Below, one piece after another: positions 16,969-26,034 of a stretch of 64,000 nt of DNA. The notes under the pieces were generated by a model. That model saw only the letters and a program-made list of their open reading frames with translations. It ran no database searches and had not been told where the DNA came from. Every line of letters starts with the position of its first letter. Position 1 is the first letter of the stretch. The position numbers and the translations under genes are program-made. This DNA is from Pyrinomonadaceae bacterium (GTDB taxonomy: Bacteria > Acidobacteriota > Blastocatellia > Pyrinomonadales > Pyrinomonadaceae): NCBI GenBank assembly GCA_036388995.1, contig DASVQU010000001.1, positions 81 through 64,080 on the forward strand, given 5' to 3'.

Positions 16969-17841
16969 TTAAAATCCGGTAAACATTCGGGCGAAACCGA
17001 TAATCGGGAGCAGATTCATCACGTTTTTCCAGACTTTGATTTTATTGCCCGGCACAATTATTTGATCGCCGGGAACGAGAAAGACTTCTTCTCTGGCTTT
17101 GCCGCGTTCGATGTCCTGCAAATTAACTGCAATCGGCGAAGGTCTGCCGTCCTGTCCGCGCCGCAGCACGATGACTTCTTTTTTGTTTCCGGTGACTAAA
17201 ATTCCGCTCGCTTCGGCAATTGCTTCGTGAACGCTCACGCGGCGCGTCATTATGTAAACGCCCGGTTTCCCGACATCGCCGAGAACGCTGTAACGCGCAG
17301 ACACCGCGCGGTCGAGTGAAACCATAACTTTCGGGTCAATAATATATTCGTCGAGTTTTTTCGTGATTTCATCGGCGACTTGCTCAACGGTTTTGCCATT
17401 GACGATGATGCCTTCTCTAATCAGCGGATAAGAAATTCTGCCGTTGGGCGGAATCGTGATTCCCGTTTTTGAATAATTTGGCTGCGCGAAAACTTCAACC
17501 GAAATGACATCTTCCGGTCCGAGATAATAGTTGGTCAGAAAATTGTTGTAATAAGGCACAATAGCCGCTTCTTCTTCGGAGAGTTGCCCGCGCCGGTTTT
17601 GTTTTATTGAGTCCGGAACATCTTCGGGCAGCACTTTTCCGGCGTCCGGCGTTTGGGACTGTGCGGGGGGCGGAGTTTTTTCCGGTTCTACGGCGGGAGC
17701 TTCGGTTTTCGTTTCGCTTTTTGTGATTTCGACTTTCTTTTCTTCCGGCGCTGGCGCGGTTTGCTGCGCGCTCGCCCCGGTTGTCGCCGCAAAAGCGAAA
17801 ATAACCGAACAAAATATCCCAAGAATTTTTACAGCTTTCAT
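16969..17841 (-). CDS. polysaccharide export protein (Wza/EpsE-like, Poly_export + SLBB)
   Basis: Signal peptide and a low-complexity P/E/K linker. Then YYLGPEDVISVEVF...ITIPPNGRISYPLIREGIIVNGKTVEQVADEI and GDQIIVPG, typical of Wza-family exporters. Confidence 0.8.
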   Translation of the reverse strand: MKAVKILGIFCSVIFAFAATTGASAQQTAPAPEEKKVEITKSETKTEAPAVEPEKTPPPAQSQTPDAGKVLPEDVPDSIKQNRRGQLSEEEAAIVPYYNNFLTNYYLGPEDVISVEVFAQPNYSKTGITIPPNGRISYPLIREGIIVNGKTVEQVADEITKKLDEYIIDPKVMVSLDRAVSARYSVLGDVGKPGVYIMTRRVSVHEAIAEASGILVTGNKKEVIVLRRGQDGRPSPIAVNLQDIERGKAREEVFLVPGDQIIVPGNKIKVWKNVMNLLPIIGFARMFTGF

Positions 17842-17860
17842 CGTTTTTTTACCTCAAAAT

Positions 17861-19249
17861 TTATCTTGCGCCGCGTCCGAACAAAATTGTTTTGAACGTT
17901 TCGAGAACAATCAGCAAATCAAGCAGGAGATTTTGATTTTTGATGTAATACAAATCGTATTGCAGCTTTTGTCTCGCATCTTCGACCGACGCGCCGTAAG
18001 GATAACGCACCTGCGCCCATCCGGTTAAACCGGGCGCGACGAGGTGGCGCTGTTCGTAAAACGGAATTTCATGCGCCAACTGTTCGACGAAAACCGGGCG
18101 TTCTGGGCGCGGTCCGACAAAGCTCATTTCGCCTTTTATAATGCACCAGAATTGCGGAATCTCGTCAATTCTCAAAGTCCGAATCACGCGCCCGACGCGA
18201 GTCACACGCGCGTCGTTTTCCGTCGCCCAGATTGCCTGCCCGTCTTTTTCCGCATCCGTGCACATCGAGCGGAATTTGATGACTTCAAACGGTTTGCCTT
18301 TTTTACCGACGCGCTCCTGCCGGTAAAAAACCGCGCCCGGCGATTCCAATTTGATGGCAATCGCGGTCAAAATCGCAATCGGAAGCGACACAATCAATCC
18401 GATTAACGCCAAACCTCGGTGCACAATCTCGCGCGCAAAAGCGCGGAATCTTGTTTCGCGCAATCTTCCGGCGAAAATCAGCCACGAAGGGCGCAGCATA
18501 TCGAGATGCACCTGCCCGGTCAGGCGTTCGTGAAAGCTCGTAAATTCTTCAATGGCGACATCGCCCGACAAGCTCAGTTTTAGAAGCTGCTCGGTCGGAA
18601 ACGCACCTCGCCGGTCGCGGATGGCGATGATTACGCGGTCAATTTTCTCTTTTTTGACGACGGTTTCAAGGTCTTCCATCAAACCGATAACTTTCGGATT
18701 AAAAAGGCTTTTTCCGACCAGTTCCGGCTCGCCCGACAGAAAACCGACAACTCTGTAACCGGCGGCTTGATGCGCTTTCGTCACTTTGGCGATGTTGATT
18801 GCGGCTTCGTCCGAACCGACGATTAAAACTCTTTCGCCAATGTCTGGATGCGCCGTCAGCCAGTGAATGACCAGCCGCCAGCCGAGCAGCAGAGACGCAA
18901 CGAGCGGAACGCTCAAAATCGTCACGCCGCGCCCGATCATTAAATCCGGCGCGAAATAAAACAACAGCGCAAGCGACGCCCAAGCCGTACCGAGAGCTTG
19001 CAGCAGGCGATAAATCAGCTCGCGACGGTCGCTGAAGACCGTAAAGCTGTAAAGGTCGTAGATAAAAAGCGAAACTACGCAAAAAACGGTGGCGATAGAG
19101 ATTTTCATCCACGCCGCGCGCTCGTTTAGCTCGTAATGCGCACCGTCCGCGCCGACGCGCAAATACAAAGCCAGCATCAGCCCGCCGAAGATTATTGCTC
19201 CTTCGGCGACTGAAAGCCCGATTGCTCTTGTATGTAAGCGTCTGCTCAT
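17861..19249 (-). CDS. priming sugar transferase (WbaP/EpsB-like; XrtA/PEP-CTERM-associated TIGR03013 type)
   Basis: N-terminal TM helices and a CoA-binding-like middle region. The C-terminal bacterial sugar transferase domain reads KFRSM...DEIPQFWCIIKGEMSFVGPRPERP...PGLTGWAQV. Confidence 0.85.
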   Translation of the reverse strand: MSRRLHTRAIGLSVAEGAIIFGGLMLALYLRVGADGAHYELNERAAWMKISIATVFCVVSLFIYDLYSFTVFSDRRELIYRLLQALGTAWASLALLFYFAPDLMIGRGVTILSVPLVASLLLGWRLVIHWLTAHPDIGERVLIVGSDEAAINIAKVTKAHQAAGYRVVGFLSGEPELVGKSLFNPKVIGLMEDLETVVKKEKIDRVIIAIRDRRGAFPTEQLLKLSLSGDVAIEEFTSFHERLTGQVHLDMLRPSWLIFAGRLRETRFRAFAREIVHRGLALIGLIVSLPIAILTAIAIKLESPGAVFYRQERVGKKGKPFEVIKFRSMCTDAEKDGQAIWATENDARVTRVGRVIRTLRIDEIPQFWCIIKGEMSFVGPRPERPVFVEQLAHEIPFYEQRHLVAPGLTGWAQVRYPYGASVEDARQKLQYDLYYIKNQNLLLDLLIVLETFKTILFGRGAR

Positions 19250-19254
19250 CTTTA

Positions 19255-19365
19255 GAGTCCGGTGAGTCCAGCAAGTCTAGCGAGTCTAGCGAGTCAAAAA
19301 GGAATTTAACTCAGATAAAATTCCTAGACTCGGCGACTTGCTAGACTTGCTGGACTCGCCCGACT
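19255..19365. repeat. tandem-repeat-armed hairpin, type B (GAGTCYRGC)n, copy 1
   Basis: Left arm GAGTCCGGTGAGTCCAGCAAGTCTAGCGAGTCTAGCGAGTC. AT-rich loop. Imperfect inverted right arm 19325..19365, followed by TTTTT. The right arm supplies the last codons and the stop of the 19341.. gene. Confidence 0.85.
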
Positions 19366-20459
19366 TTTTTCTTCGGTGAATCGTAGTAATAGCTGTAATG
19401 GCTTTCCTGCGTATCTTCTTTGTTTCCGTTTAAAACGACGCCCAGCAGTTGCTCGCGCGAAACGTGTTCGAGCATTCGATTGATGGTCGCATAACGGGTT
19501 TTGCCCGATTTGACGACCAGCATCGCTCCGTCTGCGAGATTGATCAACACGGCGGCGTCCGTAAAAATCGCGAGCGGCGGCGCGTCAATGATTATGTAAT
19601 CGAACATCGTCCGCGCTTTGTCCAAAATCCGGCGAAAAGCGTTGCCGGAGATCAGTTCGGCAATGTCCTGCCGCGCCGCGCCGCCGGGCAAGAGATGCAA
19701 GCCAGCCGGATTTAATTTGACAATCGCCTGCTCAAGCTCGACCGTTCCGTCGAAAACATCGGAAAGTCCGGGATGTTCCGAGATTCCGAGATAATCCGCG
19801 AGACTCGGCATTCGCAAATCCGCGTCAATCACGAGGCAATTCACGCCGTCGGTTTGCGCCAGCATCCACGCCAGATTAATGGCAGTCGTAGTTTTGCCTT
19901 CGCCGGGACGGGCGCTGGCGACGACGACCGCCTGCATTTCTTTTCCGGCGGCGCGGCGACGCTCGGCGGCGAGCAGAAGCTGTGTTCTCAAGCTCCGATA
20001 TTCTTCGCAATGCGGCGAGCGCGGATGTTTGATCGCGACCAGATGCGGCTCGACCGCTTCCAGATCTAATTCAATTGTTTTAAATTCGGGCGTTTTCCGC
20101 GTCGGCAAAACGACTCCGGCACGCTGCACTCTCGGTTCGACTTCGATTGTCGCCGCCGCAGGTTTTTGATTTAAAATTGCCGTGCCCGAAAAATCTTCGC
20201 TCGTCGAGAGCGGAACGGCGGGTTTGCCGATGCTCCACGTATCGAGAAGCTGTGCGAAATTTGAATCCGGTTTGTGCAAACGCTCGTTTGCCGTCGTTTC
20301 GCGTTGCGCCTCGTTTTCCTCAACAACCGTCGGCGCGCCGATTTTGCGTTCGGGTAATTGAACGACATTGATCGAATCGTCGGCGCGCGTGTCCGGGTTC
20401 GGTTCAAAATTGAGAAGTTTGGAAAAACGATTTGCGTAAGCGTTTGGTTTATTGCTCAT
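19341..20459 (-). CDS. tyrosine autokinase-like P-loop ATPase (BY-kinase; XrtA-associated EpsG type)
   Basis: Walker A ARPGEGKTT and Walker A' LVIDADLRMP. C-terminal Tyr cluster SHYSYYYD. Disordered N-terminal half. Confidence 0.8.
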   Translation of the reverse strand: MSNKPNAYANRFSKLLNFEPNPDTRADDSINVVQLPERKIGAPTVVEENEAQRETTANERLHKPDSNFAQLLDTWSIGKPAVPLSTSEDFSGTAILNQKPAAATIEVEPRVQRAGVVLPTRKTPEFKTIELDLEAVEPHLVAIKHPRSPHCEEYRSLRTQLLLAAERRRAAGKEMQAVVVASARPGEGKTTTAINLAWMLAQTDGVNCLVIDADLRMPSLADYLGISEHPGLSDVFDGTVELEQAIVKLNPAGLHLLPGGAARQDIAELISGNAFRRILDKARTMFDYIIIDAPPLAIFTDAAVLINLADGAMLVVKSGKTRYATINRMLEHVSREQLLGVVLNGNKEDTQESHYSYYYDSPKKKVGRVQQV

Positions 20460-20494
20460 TTTATTTTCGTAGCGTAACGTTAATTTTTACCGCC

Positions 20495-21523
20495 TTATTT
20501 GGTAAAACCTTCAATGTCGTCAATTTCCAAAAGTTCGTCGTCAAAACTGAACGGTTCTTGATGAACCCGGTTCGCTCCATTACCGTTTCCGTTTCTGTAA
20601 ACGGACGGAACATATTCGTTAATCGCGCTGTGGTTTGCCAATTCGGCTCTCGCATTGGAATTAAAAATATTTGCCGGGTTCGGCTGATATTTAGTTTCCT
20701 GTTCGACTGGCTGTGGCGGAAGCAAATCGAGATTTTCGGCGACTTCCTCAATAACCTGCCGCCCGATAACCTGTTCGCCGGCGGCATAAGCCGCGAGCAT
20801 TGCGTTGTCGCACAAATTATTGATCTGTCGCGGAATGCCTTCCGAGCAGCGGAAAATATAATCAATCGCGCCGGGCGTAAAAATATTCGGCTCTTTTGAA
20901 CCGGCGAGCAAAAGGCGTTCGGTAATGTAACGCTCGACTTCATCAACGTTCGGCAGCGCGTGCATTTTGCAGCGCAGCGCGACGCGCTGTTTTAATTGCC
21001 GCAGATTCGGTTTATTCAAAACGTCGCGCAATTCGGGCTGTCCGGTGAGAACGATTTGCAAATGTTTCGCCGTATCCGATTCAAAATTGAGCAACAGGCG
21101 AATTTCTTCCAAAACGTAATCGGAAAGCTCGTGCGCTTCGTCAATAATCAAAACGGTTTTCAATCCGCGCCGGTGCCTCTCGTCCAAAACTTTCCCCAAA
21201 ACGGTCAGCAATTCGGCTTTGTTTTGCCACTCTTTGACGTTCAAAAGCGACGTGACGTGATGATAAAAATCTTCAATCGAAAGTCGCGGATTAAAAACGT
21301 AAGCCGCCAAAACGCTCGAATCAAGCCGCCGCAAAATCCATCTAAGTGCCGTCGTTTTGCCCGTTCCGACTTCGCCCGTCAGCACGATCAAGCCCTTCGA
21401 GTTTTCCAAACCGTAATAAAGGCTCGCCAAAACTTCGTTGTACGAAGGCGTAAAAACCAGAAAACGCGGATCGGGCGTTAAGGTAAATGGAAGCTCGTCT
21501 AAACCGAAAAATTCTTTGTACAT
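20495..21523 (-). CDS. ExeA-like AAA ATPase (XrtA/PEP-CTERM system-associated ATPase type)
   Basis: ATG at 21523 with GAGAGG upstream; the track start 21568 reads into the repeat. MYKEFFGLDELPF..., Walker A GEVGTGKT and Walker B LIIDEAH. Confidence 0.8.
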   Translation of the reverse strand: MYKEFFGLDELPFTLTPDPRFLVFTPSYNEVLASLYYGLENSKGLIVLTGEVGTGKTTALRWILRRLDSSVLAAYVFNPRLSIEDFYHHVTSLLNVKEWQNKAELLTVLGKVLDERHRRGLKTVLIIDEAHELSDYVLEEIRLLLNFESDTAKHLQIVLTGQPELRDVLNKPNLRQLKQRVALRCKMHALPNVDEVERYITERLLLAGSKEPNIFTPGAIDYIFRCSEGIPRQINNLCDNAMLAAYAAGEQVIGRQVIEEVAENLDLLPPQPVEQETKYQPNPANIFNSNARAELANHSAINEYVPSVYRNGNGNGANRVHQEPFSFDDELLEIDDIEGFTK

Positions 21524-21548
21524 TTTCAGCCTCTCTCGGACATTTTCA

Positions 21549-21649
21549 CCACAGAGACACGGAGACACAGAGAAAGCAAAAATATAAAAGATTTAGAATT
21601 GTGTTTATTGTCTTTCATTTTTTATCTCTGTGTCTCCGTGTCTCTGTGG
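21549..21649. repeat. tandem-repeat-armed hairpin, type A, copy 2 (53-nt loop)
   Basis: CCACAGAGACACGGAGACACAGAG ... CTCTGTGTCTCCGTGTCTCTGTGG. The A-to-G variant in the left arm is matched by a complementary change in the right arm. Confidence 0.9.
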
Positions 21650-21659
21650 TTAATTTCTC

Positions 21660-23321
21660 TTAGGAAACAAACCTGTCAAAAACGTGCGATATTTGCAGCA
21701 CGAAAATTAAAACCGGAATGCTCGCCGCAGCAACCGCAACGGCAAACCCTGTTTTCAAAACTCCGAAAATCGCCCGCCAGCGTTTCTCAGCAGGCGTTAA
21801 AAGTTCCGGCACATTCGCCAAAACGGGAAGTCCCGTGTAATGTTTGGCGTCGTCAACGCTTTGAATCGTAAAAAGGCGCGGCATTTCCGCCGCCGCCGCG
21901 AAAACAAAACCGAGCGCCAAACCGAGCAAAGCGCCGATGGCGATCAGCATCGGGCGTTTCGGCGCGACCGGAGATTGCGGTAAATTCGCCGCGTCAACGA
22001 CTCGAATCGTTTCGCCCTGCGAATTTTTTTCGCGCTCGGCTTGCAGCCTTGCATCGTTGTTTTTCTTTAATAGCTCGTCATAGCTCCCTTTTGCGGTCTG
22101 GTAATCGCGGTTGAAAGATTCGAGCGCGACTTCGGCGTTCGGGATGCTTTCGATGCGGCGCTGCAATTCGCTGATTGCGGTTTGAACCTGCCCCGCCGAA
22201 TTTTTTATTTGTTGTAAAAGCTGCTCTTGCCTGCCGATTTCGCCGTCTATCCGGCGCTGCTCGTTTTCGATGCTCTGAATTTGCAAATCAATTCTGCCTC
22301 TCGACGCGGCTCGCATTTCTTCCTGACTGGTTTTCGCTGAAGCAAGCAGCCCGGCGATTTCCTTTTCGACCGTTTCGATTTGCGCTTGTTTGGCAACCAC
22401 ATCCGGGTGTTTCGGGCGATATTCGGTTTGCATTTTCTGCAACTGCTCTTTGTATTCGGTGCGGCGCTTAATCAAATCCGCATAAGCGGGCGTTCGAGTC
22501 GGATCGGAAAGCAGGCGGTCGCGCTCGGCGGCTTCTTTTTCGCTGATGTCGTTAATCGTGTTTTTCTGGCGCTCGAGCAAAATCCGATTGTCGCGCATTC
22601 GTCCGATTTCGGTCTCCACTGCCTGCTCGCGCTCGGCGGCTGTTTTTAATTGCTCGTGCAAACCATTGAGCTGAGCGATCAAACCGCCCGCGGCGGTCGG
22701 CAATTTGTCCACGTTTTGCAGCATATACGTGAGCCGCTGGGCGTCAATCTGGTCTAATTTCTCTTTCGATTCTGCGAGTTGTTTCTCGAAAAATTCCTGC
22801 GTTGCTTTCGACTCGCGCTGGGAGTTTTCCGTTTGCGTGTTGACAAATTTTCCGGCAAGCTCAGCGGCTACATTGCGCGCGGATTCCGGATCGCGGTCGC
22901 GGTAAATAATTGTAAAAGATGGGACTTTCTCATCCACCGTGGGGGGTTGCATCTCCACATTGATATTGTTTCGCATCCGGTCAATCAAAAGCTCCATCGG
23001 CACGCCCGCATCGCGTTCCTGTTTGAAAAGCCTGTATTTTGTAATCATCGGTTCGAGCGATGAACGGCTTTTGACTTCTTCGCTAATTTGATTAAGCCGC
23101 GCGGAAACGTCTTCGGACGAAAGCGGTTGGATAACAGTATTCGAGATTGCAGGCGGACGAATCGTGAGCACTGTCTTCGATAGGTAAATGCTCGGAAGCT
23201 GCACGACAACCCACCAGACAGCCACGGTCATCGCCACGACGGGCAGCAAAATAATCAGCTTGCGCCGCCAAACCATTGCGAATAACTCGCCTATACTTCT
23301 TTGCCGAAATTCAACGCCCAT
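21660..23321 (-). CDS. polysaccharide chain-length determinant (PCP/Wzz-GumC-like; XrtA-locus EpsF type)
   Basis: N-terminal TM (RRKLIILLPVVAMTVAVWWVV), a long coiled-coil periplasmic region containing YRPKHPDV, and a C-terminal TM. Confidence 0.8.
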   Translation of the reverse strand: MGVEFRQRSIGELFAMVWRRKLIILLPVVAMTVAVWWVVVQLPSIYLSKTVLTIRPPAISNTVIQPLSSEDVSARLNQISEEVKSRSSLEPMITKYRLFKQERDAGVPMELLIDRMRNNINVEMQPPTVDEKVPSFTIIYRDRDPESARNVAAELAGKFVNTQTENSQRESKATQEFFEKQLAESKEKLDQIDAQRLTYMLQNVDKLPTAAGGLIAQLNGLHEQLKTAAEREQAVETEIGRMRDNRILLERQKNTINDISEKEAAERDRLLSDPTRTPAYADLIKRRTEYKEQLQKMQTEYRPKHPDVVAKQAQIETVEKEIAGLLASAKTSQEEMRAASRGRIDLQIQSIENEQRRIDGEIGRQEQLLQQIKNSAGQVQTAISELQRRIESIPNAEVALESFNRDYQTAKGSYDELLKKNNDARLQAEREKNSQGETIRVVDAANLPQSPVAPKRPMLIAIGALLGLALGFVFAAAAEMPRLFTIQSVDDAKHYTGLPVLANVPELLTPAEKRWRAIFGVLKTGFAVAVAAASIPVLIFVLQISHVFDRFVS

Positions 23322-23333
23322 GTTTTTTACCAG

Positions 23334-23501
23334 TTAGAACAGCAAGTTTGTCTCATCTTTTTTGCCCACGCGGAACCAGCGTCGCAGAGCAAATACCAAA
23401 ACTATCAGCCCGACGCCCGCCAACAGCACCCACACACCTTCGTTAAAGCCGACGCTTTGCGGCTTGATGTCTAACAAAATTGTGAAAACTGCCGATAACA
23501 T
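23334..23501 (-). CDS. unannotated 55-aa single-TM protein inside the EPS operon
   Basis: Below the ORF-track size cutoff. Hand translation gives MLSAVFTILLDIKPQSVGFNEGVWVLLAGVGLIVLVFALRRWFRVGKKDETNLLF*. It fills an otherwise 230-nt gap, and its stop lies 13 nt from the next ATG. Confidence 0.4.
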   Translation of the reverse strand: MLSAVFTILLDIKPQSVGFNEGVWVLLAGVGLIVLVFALRRWFRVGKKDETNLLF

Positions 23502-23551
23502 TTTCTTTTTACTTAAAACTCAAACTTTGTTTGAGAACATTCTTCAAACTT

Positions 23552-25858
23552 TCAGAGAGCCGCGCGGTTGTCCGCAGCGGCGAGAACCGTTCCGAGACGG
23601 TTTTTATACATTTGCGCGGGCGCGCGCCCGGCTTGCAATGCTGCCTTTTCTTCGAGCGAGACGGCGCGTCGAAGCTGTGCGATTGCCCGATCTTTTTGAC
23701 CTTTTTTGTGAAAAACCCAGCCGAGCGTGTCCGCGTAAACCGGCTCGTTCGGATGTTTTTCGACGAGCGTTTGCGCCAACGTGACGGCTTCATCCAAATT
23801 GCCTCGCCCCGTATCGGCGATAATCCACGCCAGATTATTCGCGGCAACCGGAGCATTTGGATTGACTCGCAAAGCCCCTCGGTAATTTTCAACCGCCGCG
23901 TCCGCGTTTCCGCGTCCTTCTTCGAGCATCCCGATGAGCGTAAATGTTTCGTCGCTCGCCGGGCTGCGCTGCAAAATCTGGCGATAATTTTCAAGCGCGC
24001 GGTCAACTTGTCTGTTCGCGACGAGCAAAGCGGCGTAAGCCTGATAAGCCGGAAGATAATCGGCATTCGCGGCAATTGATTGATGCAAAGCGTTTTCGGC
24101 TTCCGTCGTTTTGTTTTCCGCCGCGAAAACCCCCGCTTTGAGATAAAAGAGCGCGGCTTGCATTTTATTTCCGACTTGATTTGTGGAAAACGCGCGGTCA
24201 ATTTGCGAATGCGCCGCCGTAAAATCTTTTTGCCGCATCTTCGCGCTCACAAAACCGCTTAAGCCGTCGAAATTATTAGAATCAAGCTGCAAAGCCTTTT
24301 CGTAAAAGCTCGCGGCTTCCGCAGTGTTTTTGCTGCGCTGCGCGGCGCTCGCCTGACTTAAATAAACGTTTACAGAGTTTGGCGCGTGCTTTTGCGCGAT
24401 TTGAAAATCAGCGCGTGCCTCCGGTTCTTTTCCGAGCTGCAAATTCGCCATTCCGCGCGCCAGAAGAGCGTTGACGCGCAGCTCGGCAAGCAAAGGAGCT
24501 GAGATTTCGCTGTTTGGAGCGGCTTTTTCAAGCGCTTTGAGCAATTCGTTTGCCTGGTTCAGAGCGGTCTGCGGTTCGTCTGTGGCAAAACTGATTTGCG
24601 CGTTTAAAAGTTTCGCGTGCAGATAATTCGGATGATAGCGCTGTAAATCCTGAATAAAATTGCGGGCTTGTTCGGTTTGCCCGGCGCGAAACTGCGCGTC
24701 AGCCATATAATAAAGCGCCAGTCGGTTGCCTGGTTCTTGTTTTAAAACTTCCTGCAAATCCTTGATTGCGGTTTCCGGCTCGCCGTTTTTTAAAGAAATG
24801 CGCGCCCGCAAAGTCAGACCTTGCACGTCTTTGTTGTTGCGGCTTAAAATTTCCGTCACTTGAGCGGCGGCTGCCCTTTCGTCGCCGGTTTGCAAATAAA
24901 GCTCGCCGAGTCGCATTTGCGCCCGAACAAATTCCGGCTTGACCGCCAAAATCTCGCTATAAACCCGACGAGCATCGGCAGGACGATTAATGGCGGCGTA
25001 AAAATCCGCCAGCAGAGTTTTTTCTTCCGGTCGGTCGGGATTTAAGTTTCCGAGATTTTTGTAAGCGTTTTCCGCCTTTTCGAATTGTCGTTGAACGTAA
25101 TAAAATCCGGCGAGAGCTTCGAGCGGCTCGCGCTCTTTCGGTCCGACTTCCGTCGCGCGCAGATAATGTTTTTCGGCATCCGACGCACGCCCTTGGAGAT
25201 CGAGAAAACGCGCGTATTCGATGTGCGCGGTTGCCGATTTTTCGTTGACGGCAAAAGCGCGGCGGAACGTTTTTTCAGCGTCATCGGTTTTCTCGCGCGA
25301 AACGTAAAAACGCGCCAGACTCAAGTATGTCTCGACTCGCTGCGGATTGAGCGAAACGGCTTTTTCGAGCTGCGCGACGACTTCACTCGTCGCGGCGTTT
25401 TTGACCGCCATCACGCTCGCCTGCAAAACGTGACCTTCGATATAATTTGGTTCGGCGGCGAAGATTTCCTGAATTAATTTTTCGGTTTCTTCGGTGACGT
25501 GCGGCTGCGCCATCAGCAAATAATTTCCCAATTTCACGCGCGCTTCGAGCTGTGTTTTGTCCAGCTCGACCGTCCGGCGCAATTCTTCCACCGTTTCCGC
25601 GAGCCGCTGCTGACCTTCAAAAGCGCGCGCCAGACCGAAATGCGCCGGGGCGGAAGCTTTATCCAGTTCAATCGCGCTGCGAAATTCGAGCGAGGCTTCG
25701 GGGAAACGCCGTTCTTTGAGATAGCTTTCGCCGCGCTCGACGTGCGCTTGTACCGCCTTTGCCGTGCTGCAAGCCGCGCCGGAAAAAATGAGGAGACCTG
25801 CGGCGAGCAAAGCCAAAGCTGCGTTGATAAATCTGGTTTTCGGGGAATCTGATTTCAT
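23552..25858 (-). CDS. TPR-repeat lipoprotein (PrsT-like, PEP-CTERM system)
   Basis: Lipobox LIFSGAAC followed by about 750 aa of TPR repeats. Position next to the exosortase. Confidence 0.75.
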   Translation of the reverse strand: MKSDSPKTRFINAALALLAAGLLIFSGAACSTAKAVQAHVERGESYLKERRFPEASLEFRSAIELDKASAPAHFGLARAFEGQQRLAETVEELRRTVELDKTQLEARVKLGNYLLMAQPHVTEETEKLIQEIFAAEPNYIEGHVLQASVMAVKNAATSEVVAQLEKAVSLNPQRVETYLSLARFYVSREKTDDAEKTFRRAFAVNEKSATAHIEYARFLDLQGRASDAEKHYLRATEVGPKEREPLEALAGFYYVQRQFEKAENAYKNLGNLNPDRPEEKTLLADFYAAINRPADARRVYSEILAVKPEFVRAQMRLGELYLQTGDERAAAAQVTEILSRNNKDVQGLTLRARISLKNGEPETAIKDLQEVLKQEPGNRLALYYMADAQFRAGQTEQARNFIQDLQRYHPNYLHAKLLNAQISFATDEPQTALNQANELLKALEKAAPNSEISAPLLAELRVNALLARGMANLQLGKEPEARADFQIAQKHAPNSVNVYLSQASAAQRSKNTAEAASFYEKALQLDSNNFDGLSGFVSAKMRQKDFTAAHSQIDRAFSTNQVGNKMQAALFYLKAGVFAAENKTTEAENALHQSIAANADYLPAYQAYAALLVANRQVDRALENYRQILQRSPASDETFTLIGMLEEGRGNADAAVENYRGALRVNPNAPVAANNLAWIIADTGRGNLDEAVTLAQTLVEKHPNEPVYADTLGWVFHKKGQKDRAIAQLRRAVSLEEKAALQAGRAPAQMYKNRLGTVLAAADNRAAL

Positions 25859-26034
25859 TTTCGGGCTAACTCTTAAGGATAAAAATTAAAAACTCGTAAA
25901 TTTATTTTTTACAGCCGATGAGAAAATTTGTCGGCATTAAGGGAAAATAGCGAATCATCGAAACATCCCAAAAATCAAGTGCTTGGGAGATGCACGAAAG
26001 AGTTTTGATTTTGCGGCATTGTAGCACGGATTTG

